Notes under the pieces: generated by a model
Told to the model about the DNA's origin: nothing
Seen by the model: only the letters and a program-made list of their open reading frames with translations
The model's database searches: none
Position numbers and translations under genes: made by a program
Origin: Mesotaenium endlicherianum
Taxonomy: Eukaryota
Direction: 5' to 3'
Assembly: GCA_009602735.1 (NCBI GenBank)
Contig: WELA01002286.1
Coordinates: 104,409 to 168,408 of the forward strand
DNA: 64,000 bases
Part shown: positions 1 to 11,340 of the stretch, piece by piece
Position numbering within the stretch: position 1 is the first letter of the stretch
Layout: each line of letters begins with the position of its first letter

Positions 1-528
1 CGACAGCGTCGAGCGATCTGGCCCGTTAGAATGAACTCGAACCTTCACGTAAGTTCGGCTGACGCGGAGTGCCGACTAGGTCGATTTACCTAGAAGTTTC
101 GGTTTAGCCTAGCGCGTCTAAGATAGAATATTCTAGTAATGTCGATGCATGTATGTGGACGTCAATTCGGCCCGACACGTCAGATTAGACTGATCTGGCT
201 TACTCACGAATATTCTGGAAGGGACGATTTGACGAACACTTAGGAAAATCCGTAGCTTCCTCCTAGGGAGGAGAACTTAGGCAGAAAATTATAAATAGGC
301 ATAACTTCTTTGTTTCTTATCAGTTTTCACTTCTGTAAATTTCTACGGGTTTGTAATGACAAGGCCTTTCATCCTACATCATTTGTGAGCAGTTTCTTGC
401 TACTCAAAATGTTGAGTAATTTTCCTAAGTTTTGTTAGTGATATGCCGCTGCACTCTCTAGTATGATGGCAACTAGTTCCTTTCCTCGTGAGTCACTACG
501 CTTCCACTAGGGCACTCTGCCCCTTTCA
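1..528 (+). mobile_element. Partial LTR of gypsy family A (cut by window edge)
   Basis: Near-identical to the distal part of the LTRs at 49374-50116 and 54755-55498. Ends in the same ...GGGCAC(T)(C/T)TGCCCCTTTCA terminus at 528. Confidence 0.93.
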
Positions 529-1193
529 TTCATGGCATCTGTTAATTCTTGTGTTAGTGCAGCTAAGTCTACGCTCTCAACAGGTGCAGCAGGTATCGCT
601 CTTCCTGATGACAAAGCGGACAGGCGGGCTTTCGCAGCCTCTTTCTGGATTTTCAAATCTCTTGCCTTCATTTGCTCGTCAAACGCCCATTCCTGGGTAA
701 GGTTCTCATCCTTCCGAAATTGGCGATACAGCAACAAGGCATCCTTGTCCAAGTACTGAACCAAGCTTATAAAAGCGACTGACTGAGTGTAAGAAGAATC
801 CTTTCGGATTTTCTCAAAGAAGTCAGCCCAATAGATCTCATCAAACTCTTCGAAAGTGAGACTATTTCCACTGGTTCGTCCACTAAAGTACTTTGTAGAG
901 AGCTTGAACTTAGGATTTTTATCCTTATCATCACCAGTCATTTCGAGTGGTGACCAAGACTCACTATCTTTATCCCACACGTCGTGCTCTCTGACCAAAT
1001 TGGGTACAAAAGCTCGCGCGTTATACGGATTCTCACCGTTGGTGGCAGTATGGCGAGACTCGTCTCTCGACGGTTGCTCACTCCACAGGTTATCCGTGTG
1101 CTCAGATGTCTCACTTTCTCGTGGACTCTGGCTTGAATCAGAACCTTCCGCAGGCTCCACAGGGTAGTAGAGTCTTCCACTCCTCAACTGCAT
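529..1193 (-). pseudogene. Gag-like ORF of a different retroelement, interrupted by the family A LTR
   Basis: The ORF begins MQLRSGR, a common gag N-terminus, then has a Ser/Glu-rich spacer and a KYFSG...TFEEF...YLDKDALLLY segment reminiscent of retrotransposon capsid. It is cut exactly at the LTR end (528). Family not assignable by eye. Confidence 0.5.
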
Positions 1194-2778
1194 GTACAGT
1201 TGAATTTCTCCGGGTCCCCTTCCAGGTTGAGCACCGACAGCCCTCACAGGCCTCAATCCCCAATTTGCTTGGGAATTTCTATTCACCGGAACCACAAAAC
1301 TGAAGTTCTCAGAAGTAGGACAAAAGTCTCTTACTTCCACATAGGCTTTATGCCTTACGGTTCTTGGGTTCACAGGTGAGCAAATTGTAGTTGCAGAAAT
1401 CACACTCTAAACAGCTTGACATGCAACGTCAGATTCAGAGAAAATCGCCCTTCAGGCTTTCGCTTAACTTCCACAAGTCAGCTTACAAAACTCTGAAACT
1501 ACGTCTATGCTGGCCTGGGTCAAGCTCTTCACTTAACACCGCGCCTTAACAGCTCTTCACTGCCAGGCTGGGCTCACTCAGTTCTTCACTGAGAGCTTTA
1601 TCTGTCAATACTACTCTCTCTCTTCGAGATGCGAATGCGACTTCTGAGAACTTGGAAATCAACACACAACTCACCATTTTAAGGCTGCTTCACACACACT
1701 TGTGGCGTTCGGCTGACTCTGTGCTAATCTCCTAGCAGATTCTATTCTGCAGTTCTCCTTCTTCAACCGTGAGATTCCCTCTTGGGATTTCCTACAATCC
1801 TGACTTATCTATGATATACAGAAGAATCATCAGCGTCGTCAGAGGCGTGGGGCTTTGGCCCTCCAATGGCCTTGGGAACTCCTTCTTCTTCTTCGCGCCC
1901 TTCTTCTCTTTCTTTCTGCTTCTTGGCAAAGGTGCGTGAGAGTGAATGACATGTCTCAGGCAAGATTCGTGCCTTTCGCAGGCACCACACAGCGTCATCT
2001 TTCGAGAATACCGTGCTTAGTCACACAACTTAGCTGCATGTCGCTTCTGCCTAGCCAAGCTTAACTCAAACTTGTAGTCACTCAGCATGCATGCACACCT
2101 TGTGACTATCGCGCGTGGCTGCTTAGCTTCTCAGCTGGCAGTCACGCCTAATTGGCTCATGGCTAAGAACTCCTGAGCGGCGTGCAAGCAAATGCCACTT
2201 GCTCAAGTTTTCCCAACCGGGCGGCCGTAACCTATCTTGGCATTGCAGCCATGACCTGGCTTAATCTGCCAGTCACACAGTACCTGACCTGGGCGGCTCA
2301 TTGCTGATCCCCAGCTCCTAGCCTCGCGGCTGTCTTGTCAAAACCTCCCCCATCCCTGGGTGTGGGGCACACTGACATTGACCTCCTTGCCAGTGGTCTT
2401 GACGCCGCCATAACCGCTGACTGCGATTCAATCAGTCAAGTGGTCGGTGAGTCAACGTTGACTTTCTGCACTAGGTGGCCGTAGCTTGCGCTGCGCGTGC
2501 GACACCGTCAAACGGATAATAGTCGCGACATACCTGGTCTGGCCGACTTCATCTGAAGTGAAACCTTCGACTCACCGTATCCGGATATACTGTCGCCAAT
2601 GCGCACATCGGAAGCGCGCTAGGCTCTGTAGGTGTGCAGTGTCCTTACGTCCTCTGAACATGTATTAAGCTGACTCGTTCAACCATTCAATTTGTATCGG
2701 ATGCATACTAGCTCTGTGTGAATAACACTCGTCATCCACACAAGGCTGTCCCACTACGACGAACTTACGCTGGTCAGA

Positions 2779-5700
2779 ATGGCAGCCTTATCTTCGCCGT
2801 CCATGGTGGCCTTTAGCTCAGCTATCTTCCTGAACGCGAGCTCTCAGAGGTATGACAGCATAATTTGATTGGACATCGTTACTTTTCATGTGGTTATGTG
2901 CGTTACCCCGTATTTTGACGACTGTAGCACTGCATGCAGAGGAAAGCAATCTATGTTTTGGCAGTAATTAGGGACATTGTTGATGTGAGCTTTTAAGTTA
3001 AGCATTTCATGTGGTGAAGACACGACCGCTCGGCATGGGCGTGCGTCGGTATGGTCACACTTCCGGATTGCGTAATCACAGCACACAATGAGCTAGATTG
3101 TGTAAATGGCTGCTCTCACGGACCCGACTGTTTCACCTCGTGTGGAGTCTCCACGGTTAGCCATCAACGTACCAGCTAGCAATGCAGGCTGCTTGCTTCA
3201 ACCCTGTGGTATCTAGACGCAGTTCACGAACGAAAAGGTGTATCAGCTGTAATGGTATGATTGGGGATTCAAGCAACCACCTCCGACAATGCTCTGGCCT
3301 ACTCTATTCTTTTTCTTGTTTTACGGAATTATGTGCGAGTCTTGCTGTGTGTGAGCAGTTTTTGAATGCTGTACTCGGACTATTTTTCGTCCATCATGTT
3401 GTCAATTGTTGTGGTCATGAGTTTCAGTTCTTTCTTGCTCAGAAGCCTGCAGTCCCCTCTGGATTCTTCCTCTTCTATTTCCTAATTGTTTTCTCTTCCA
3501 GTCACCTCACGACCTTTTCTTCTTCACATGCTCTTCCCTCCCGTTCCTCTCTTTGAACTATCCCAACATTTTTTTGGGTTTTTGTCCCCCTCTTGTTCTC
3601 ACTTTTTTTTGGACGTCTAGGAACCAGTCAGCCAAAAAGAACATCACATTTGCCAAATCTGAGATACGCGGTCAGCAGCTATCCCTCCATCTGCCATGTT
3701 TGCATCGACAAGTGGCGGCACCCAAGCATATATCATCAGCCAACGCCACAGAAGTTGCCTCGGTGGGTAAGTTTTTAAAATCTAATTGACATTAGTGCTT
3801 GAGTGCAAGTGTGCATGTGTATAGTGGAAGCAAGCTGTTCTAGTATTGTTGGTCTGTCCTCGTTTCGTCCTTGTGCCGAGGGCAAGGATCTCCTTACTCG
3901 CTTTGGAGCTCACGGGCTTTCCACTGTCATCCACATACTCTCAAGCCCTCAGCCCCGCTCCCTCCTTTTAAATGACTGCCCATGGGTATGTGACCAAAGA
4001 AACAAGCGACTGTCCCAGGCACTGTATCAAATGCTGGATAAATAGCCTCTCAATTGCTGCACTCAACTACATGGGGAATTATCATGCACCAAAGAAGTAG
4101 ATATTTGAACCTGAAAACTAAGCGGGTGGTTCAAGACCCCTGATGAAGGCAAGAACTGACAACACGTGGTCAGTGTTGGTATGGCATGGCTTGTTGGTGA
4201 GGTGTACGAGGCTTGAAGTCTTCTTGGGGGCTCATAGTTACAAGGGATGTAATCAGAGGACGTTGTGACTCACAGCTAGTAGGCATACACGTCTGCACAC
4301 CCTCTTGCCCAGTGCTAGCTATTTAATGATGCAGTGGCACTTGACACCTTGCACCAAGCACCCGTATTGCGTGAACCTTGGTGATGTACGGAGTCAGTGG
4401 TTGTGCTCCTTTCAAAAGTCTGTGTGTTGAAATCTTGTTCCGTGGTCAGCTTCGCAGTGAGTGGTTTACCCTCATACAGCCGCGGCAGATAATCTGCCTG
4501 TGTATTGTCTGCACGTGTGGTGCTTTGCTGATGTGGAATTGCCCTGCTGCGCCAGCGCTTTTGGACGATGTGTGGGGTTTGTTGAGTGCTCGAGGCTCGT
4601 GGAGTACTCTTCCCCCCTGATCAGCCCGTGTTTCTTTTGACGCAGAGAAAATAAAATGGGGGACCAAGAGAAGTGCCATCCTCGCCAACAGTGTATGTGT
4701 GCATCGCTCGCTCCACACATCATGTCCTGAACCTGCTCGTGCTGAAGGCAATTTTGGCGTAGCGTGCGATTACTATGACCATCGTGACAGTATTTGTGGT
4801 TGGTAGGGCGTTAAGAGAGGTTTGGGGACTTGTGCAGCGTGTGCGACTGTTCGAGAGCACTGGTCATAGTCAGCCTGTTGTGCTCATATTAGGGGTGTGG
4901 CAGGTAGTGGTCCCCTTGTACCCCCTCTTACGCTCGTGTCGCGGGCGTCAGATGTCGGGACACCTTTCTGTCCTTGTCAAAGGACGCTTTGTAATGAACA
5001 TTATTGTGGTGCACCTCTCGCCTCCCCGGCAGGTGAGGTCGGTGAACGCCAAGGAGGCCCTGAGGCTGCAGCAGGAGGAGGGCTACTCCATCCTGGACGT
5101 GCGCCCAGTGGCGGAGTTTGAAGAGGTGCCTCTGCCCTGCCTCTGTCATCGGCTCTACTCTTGCGGGCGACAGCTGTCCCTCTTGTCAAGGCTTGTGTAG
5201 GAATCGGGTTTCCGGGTGGGTGGAATTTTGCTGGTGCGGGCTTGTTCACTTGTCGGAGTATTTGCAACTGTCGCCGGTGCAGTGAAGCTGCTGGCGGGCA
5301 CCCCCCCTCCCCTAGGCCAGCTCGAGCAATCCTCTTGCATGATGTCCCTGTGGTATGCACGCCCTCGTTCCTCGTGCGCTTGCCGCTCACGTATCCAGCT
5401 AACACCAGTCATCACATCAGAGGGGACGCCGTTGTCGCCTACAAGCTGGCATGCACAGGCTGGCAGACGCCGCGGGGAAAAGTGTGTCAGTCTTGTGCGT
5501 GAACACGAGAGCATGCTTCCGCTCCTCCGTGCAGGTGCATCCGGAGGGCGCCAAGAACGCGTCGGTGTATCGTCTCATCAAGGAGTGGACGCCGTGGGAC
5601 ATCCTCAGGAGGGCCGGATTTGCCTTTTTTGGGATCTTCGCCGGCACCGAGGGAAATCCCGAGTTTCTCAACGGTGAGGGAGGGGCAGTGTTTCCTCCCC

Positions 5701-6731
5701 TTCTCTCCCCCCTCTGCTGTCAAATTGGATACTGGGTGCGCTTCCTGAGTTTTCGTGGTGCATGTAAATAGGGATTGGAGCCAGTTCTATGTGGTGTGTT
5801 TCTCCCTATTACTATAGTCTTCCAAACCGCAGGATGGTGTCTGCATCGCATTATGGGGTACACTCTGTGATTCCTGAGGGCGTCCTTTTCGCTTCTCTCT
5901 TTTTCCTATCTGTTGCAGAGGTCACCGCAGCGGGGCTCACCAAGGACTCAAAAATCATCGTCGCGTGCTCCTTTGGGGGCACCCTAAAGCCCACCCAGAA
6001 CTTTCCCGAGGGCAAGGAATCGAGGTACGTCGACAAGCAATCGATTCTCCGATGTCGGTGATCCAGCAGCATCTGGAAGTTGCCACCGTGTGTTCTTTTG
6101 CTCGCAACTCGGCGTGAGCATGAGTTGGGTGGGCTACAAATGCAACAGTGACATGCAGTGTGGGAACCCCGCACACGTGCTCCTTCCTGAATCAGCCAGC
6201 CCTCCACTACCTCATGCCCTCTCTGTTCTTTTCCTTCTTGCTCACGCTTCTCCTCGCTGGTGGCAGCGTGTGGGGCGGCGTTTATGTGTGACTTGAACAT
6301 AGTCTTGTTGGGATCTGTGTCGCACGCGACATTAGTGTCTCCCAGCGTGAACAGCACGACTGTAGACGTTGTCGCCGGGGATACGCCCGTGGAGATGCCT
6401 TCAGAGCGCTTTGCAGCGGAGTGGATTGTCTGCTCTGTCCCTTCAACCCCTCTCCCACTTCCTTGTCGCCAACTTTTAAAGCACTGGCTGTGTGCAACGT
6501 GTGAGACAGCCGGATAAGTATGGGTAATTCTGAAGACATAACCCTTGTTCTCATTATGGGTCACTGTGATCCAGTCCCTTAATTAGACATCTCCTGGCGT
6601 GGTTGTGCAGGTCTCTCATCGCTGCGTACATTCTGACCAAGGCAGGCTTCAAGAGTGTGCTGCACATTGAGGGGGGACTCCAGAGCTGGTTCTCGCAGGA
6701 CTTCCCCGTCACGTTCAAGGACGACCAATGA
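2779..6731 (+). CDS. STR14: Chloroplast rhodanese-like domain protein (Arabidopsis STR14-like), 7 exons: 2779-2849, 3621-3766, 4646-4692, 5033-5125, 5535-5673, 5919-6024, 6611-6731
   Basis: All introns are GT-AG with compatible phases. The spliced protein reads MAALSSPSMVAFSSA (transit-peptide-like)...WGTKRSAILANS-VRSVNAKEALRLQQEEGYSILDVRP...YRLIKEWTPWDILRRAGFAFFGIFAGTEGNPEF...IIVACSFGGTLKPTQNFPEGKESRSLIAAYIL...HIEGGLQSW, matching the plant STR14 family. The active-site Cys is retained. Exons 1-2 are less certain than exons 3-7. Confidence 0.9.
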
Positions 6732-6736
6732 TCCGC

Positions 6737-6760
6737 CTCCACTCCACTCCACTCCACTCA
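6737..6760 (+). repeat. (CTCCA)n microsatellite just after the rhodanese stop
   Basis: ctccactccactccactccactca read directly. Confidence 0.8.
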
Positions 6761-8094
6761 ATGCACTGTAGATTAGATGCTCATCATTAGAAGAGACTCA
6801 GGAGCCTTTTTTGCTTCCAAGGATGCGCTGGAAGGCGAACTTTTGAGGTTAAATATGTGAAACGTAGATAGTTCAGTGATGGTTTTGTAACACTGGCAAC
6901 GCTTTGTCCTTGGTGGTGGCCATTTATGAAGGCTTTGGATTACCAAAGACTGGCTTCTGCCCCCCACTTGTACTTATCTTTCGCAAAAATGCGAAGCAGC
7001 GTTATGCATGGAATCCGTCACGTGCAGCATTGCTGTGTTGCAATTTCACGCATTTGCAGGTGCACTTAGGCAGAATACCCACTCGCTGATATCACCCTCC
7101 AACCTCGCATTCCCGTGGGTACGATTTGCCACCGCAACTCATCGTATGTGCCAGTCACTTTGAAAACGAGATCATGTGATAATTAAAGATTTGTCTTTTT
7201 GTTTTTCACTGCAGCACCCACTGCTGCAGGAAGTAAGCTGTTTCACCAACCCACCCGCCCGCTTGCATAGCTGCACCCTTGACGCATGTCAATTAGCCAT
7301 GCGCACAAGCCAGGCTGCATATCACTACTCCACTCTTCTCTCCTTAGCCTGTAACATGTTCTTCATTGTTTATAAAATTATGCAACTTGAAATTATATAG
7401 ACATCAGCTTTGCTTGACCCCCACTCTATAATTTTTCAGCATGGTGGTGACTTGATCGCAAGAACAATTGATAACTTGAGATCGCTATCATAATGAGTTT
7501 ACAGGGGAGGCGTGGTCGCATGAACACATACTGAGTGACCTCAACATGACAGCAATTTTCATGAGCCGAAGCAATCATTGCCCACATGCTCACAATGTTG
7601 ACTCTTTAAAAGAATTTACATGTCGGCCAAATCGCGTCCATGGCCAAGACATCGAGCACAACGCGTACGTGAGGACAGTATTTGTCAATTTAGTATATTA
7701 ACATCATAATAGAGTGATAGTTGTTGTAACAAGTATCCGAGATCTACCCATTTGGTGCACAGAAAGGTTAAGCATTCATCTATCCATGCTCCCACTCTGA
7801 TTCTTCTCGTCATTTTAGAAGAAGGAATATGTAAGTTTATATGAGAAGGATGATATTGTGACATGCGAGGTTGTAGATGCATGTGATGTGCGAGTCTCAA
7901 TCGTCGTGTGACAGGATTGAGCATTATGCTCAAAGGGTCAATAGAACATCAGCTTGAGGACTAAAGGCGCCTTGTGATGAAACATTAAATCTTTTGTTGT
8001 TTAAGCCCATGTAAAGTTTGTGGCTCGTTTTCAACTACGTGCGGGGATGATTTGACTGATTTCGAAAGAAAGAAGGTGATATTAGAAAGAATAG

Positions 8095-8240
8095 TAGGAG
8101 TAGTAGTATGCAACTATAACAACCAACAAAACAGCCACAAAATATTTACAACAAACAACATCATGTATGCAACGACCACAAGCAAGAACCGAGTCAACAA
8201 CCAATCAAACATAACCAATAGCAACAATAATTACAAACAA
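8095..8240. repeat. AAC/AAT-rich low-complexity tract
   Basis: Degenerate (AAC)n runs that translate to Asn/Thr-rich nonsense. Confidence 0.55.
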
Positions 8241-8564
8241 ATATCAGTAGAGTCCTAGGCCTGGTATGCCATCCACGTCCAACAATGTTATGCTCCTTAA
8301 CGTGAGCATGTGCACCCAAATGTCCAGGGGGCCTAGGTGGCCAACCAATGCAACAACAATTTGCCAATAAAAAATCATAAAAAGTAATCATACCAAAAAA
8401 TATAAATTTTCCATGGAGGTTAAAGGCCTGGTTAACAATGTCCAACTACTCACACTCCAAATAACAAAAAATGCTATTAACGCTGGGGCTGGCCATAAGG
8501 CCCCTGGAAGTTTGCTACCTGAGCTGGTGCTAGCAAAGGCTGCCTCTGTTGGGGGCCTGGGCCA

Positions 8565-9400
8565 TTAGGTGGCCCCGAAGGGCAAAAAATGAGATGTGTG
8601 GCCTACCATGTGGCAGTGCCAGCAACTCAAGTCATTTCTAAACATCCTAGGAGCGCGGGGGTTAGCCTTAAACGCATACGGGCTGGCCCGTGGTTTGCGG
8701 CTACTAAAATCAAACTCCCTCTCCTCCTCTTTGTCCTTACTCTTAGCCACTTGCTTTTGGACTCGATTCTCCCAATCCTCGTTCTCATCCTTAGTTTGCA
8801 TGGACTTGACAACCTCATTAATTACAGGCCAGCTATGCAAGTCCGCGAAAATGATTTGCTTTTGCCGAAAAATTATCACCGACAAACCTTCAGTGAGCGC
8901 GCTTTGGGCCGCTTCAATGTCTTCCTTGTCCAGCGCATTTGAGCGTTGTGGCACAGCTCCGCGAGGTTGTTCATGACCTTCATTTGGGCGCGGTTGCCCT
9001 CAGACAACTTGCCCACACCTGCAACCTCACTTTTCCTCTTGAGCCGCTTGAGCTGCTGCAGGATGTCCGCCCCTGCTCCCTCGCCATCGTGAGCTCGCGA
9101 GACCTAGCTTTGCGCTAGTTTGCTCACTGCCTGCTGTAACTTGGCCATTTCGAGATGAGCAGCGTGCTGCGCAGCTTTGAGCGCAGCCGCTTCCGTCTTG
9201 CTGAGCTCGGCCTACTCGCTTTCGTACTCTTTAAGGAACTCTGCATGTAATTTGGCAATTTCGTCAGCAGTAAGCTGGCTCGCTACTCTCGCCCTACCGA
9301 TGTCGTTAATCTGCTCCCCATTGACCTGCTCGCCATCATTGCGTAAGTCGCTCGGGCCTCCCTGGCTTCCCTCACCTCTCTCCGTCATCGCTCGTAAGTG
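8565..9400 (-). pseudogene. Gag relic of a tyrosine-recombinase (DIRS/Ngaro-type) retrotransposon
   Basis: EGLSVIIFRQKQIIFADLHSWPVINE...DENEDWENRV resembles the G-x-LI-xx-RQK-x-I-xx-AD-x-W-xx-V-x-E motif of DIRS/Ngaro ORF1. It is followed by a CCHC-type knuckle CWHCHMVGH. Upstream frames are broken and no RT or recombinase is seen nearby. Confidence 0.55.
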
Positions 9401-10000
9401 AGCAAACACGTCCGAGTCTTGAGTGTTCGCGGATCTATGGAACTCTATCAAGCGAATTTGTATGCCTGACATAAGATTGTTTGAGTAAGTCTCGGCATGC
9501 AATGTCTACCCGGGTATGTGTAGCAACTACCTTCCTGCTGCAATGAGGCTTCTTTGCAACAAGAAGCCTTATGAGGGTTTCGTTTGTCGATGAGACAACA
9601 CGTGTGAAATCGATCAAATTTGAACACTTGTCAAATTTTATTTTGCGACATTTCATGTCGCAAACCTTCAATTTGACTCTTTTCAAGTTGTAAGTCGAGT
9701 TCATGTCAACTTTGATAAAGTGGGCAGACTGAAAACTTTCAGTCAAGTTGTGACGATGGAACTTTGTATGAAGATAAAGTTTGAACTTTTGACAGCACTT
9801 TCAGACTCATCGACCAATGCACATATGAACACTTGTGTGGCGGCAGTACAGAAGCAAAGAGACAGCTGCATACAAGAAACATACGATCATATATAAAATT
9901 TACACGCCAAACAATGAGGCACATGACATGTGCTTACCTACTTTATCAATATCGTTACACCAACGGCACGACCTCCATCGCAAAACCAGCAAATAACCTA

Positions 10001-11340
10001 CTAGTCTAGAAGGGCAGCAACGGCTGTTGCAGCGTCGCGACTAATACTCTCTAACAAAGTGCTATACTCGTCGGCTAAGCCCTGCACAGTGGCCTGGGAG
10101 TAGAGGTCGGTGTTGTAGACAAAGAGCCCCTCGAGCCCGCCTCCGGGCAAAACCTTCACCCCCAAGCCGATCTCCGACTTGGCAAACTCATACCCTGCCT
10201 GATCTGCGGGCTCCACCACCAGACCTGGAAGGCCCGACGTGCCGAGGCCGCCTTCATAGTCCACCTCGTCCAGCGTGAACCCTGTCTGGACCAGGGAGGC
10301 CCTGCTTGTGTCAGCGGCAGCAGAATCCGGGACCAGTGCCTCCACAACGCGGACAAATGGCACGTCCTGGTTGTCAAACGCCTCCAGCACACGCACCCTG
10401 ACTTGGGCCAGGAGGTCCACGAACGTGACACCTGGCGCAAACGTGGCAGCTGCCACCACTGTGTTCACAAACATGCCCAGCAGAGGCTCCAGCTGCGCCC
10501 GCACACGGCCTGCCACGTCAAACGCCACCAGGACCTTCTCCTGGTTGGTGCGGATGTGCAGCAGCGCCTGGTACGCCGCCAGCAGCACCATGAACAGCGT
10601 GCCGCCGTGCCTCTGGCCGACCCTGCGGAGGCCCTGAGCCACCTCTGCGCCGACCACAACCGTCACGCTGCCCCCCCGGTGGCCGAGCACGACTGGCCGC
10701 TCCCAGTCCGTCGCCAACTGCAGCGGAGCCGGGTTGAGGCCTACTACGTCTTGCCAGTACGCCAGCTGGCGATCCAAAAGCGCACCAGACACGAGCTGCC
10801 TGTGCCACAGAACGTAGTCGCCGTACTGCACCGCGAGCGGTGGCAGCCCATCCAGAGACTGCAACTTGTAGCAGTGCGCCAGCTCGGCGCAGAACGGCTC
10901 CGTGGACTCGCCGTCAAATGCCAAGTGGTGCATCGTGAGGAGAAGCACGTGCTCATTCGGTCCCAACGCTATCACGAGGCCTCTGATGGGCAGCGACTGC
11001 GGATCCGTCAGCTGGAAGGGCTTGTTTGCCTCCTCATTGGTCATCCTCGTCACCTCAGCGCCCTGCGTCTCCCCCTCCGGCAGCTCCGAAATGTCCACGA
11101 GCGGCAGCCTGAGTGGCACCTCACCTGCCGGCCGCACAACCTGCACCACATCCCCGCCTTCCTTCACACGGTAGAACATCCTGAGGGACTCGTGCCTGTC
11201 TACTATGAGGCTGACAGCTGTCTCCAGGCGCACCACGTCTAAATCCCCTCTGACCCTCCATGCATAGGGTATGTTTTCACTGCCAGGTGTCTGCAGCTCC
11301 TTGGTCCACGTGATCTTCTGGGGTCCACTCAAGGGCAGCT
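10001..11340 (-). other. NRPS terminal condensation domain
   Basis: MHHLAFDGES (10925-10930), QLAYW, FMVLLAAYQALL, GMFVNT, NQDVPF, FVYNTDLYS, then a stop. No TE or reductase domain follows. Confidence 0.9.

Noticed and set aside
1404..2377. Possible LTR of the gag-like element at 529-1193 (TGTCA start at 2377 on -)
   Set aside because: No second copy, PBS or TSD is visible in the window, so it is not supportable.
3182..3556. 124-aa ORF as a rhodanese exon or separate gene
   Set aside because: It lies in predicted intron 1 and is pyrimidine-rich. Exon 1 (phase 2) joins directly in frame to 3621.
2779..6731. Rhodanese as a tailoring (sulfur-transfer) partner of the NRPS
   Set aside because: It is a conserved plastid housekeeping-type family in green plants, and only adjacency links the two genes.
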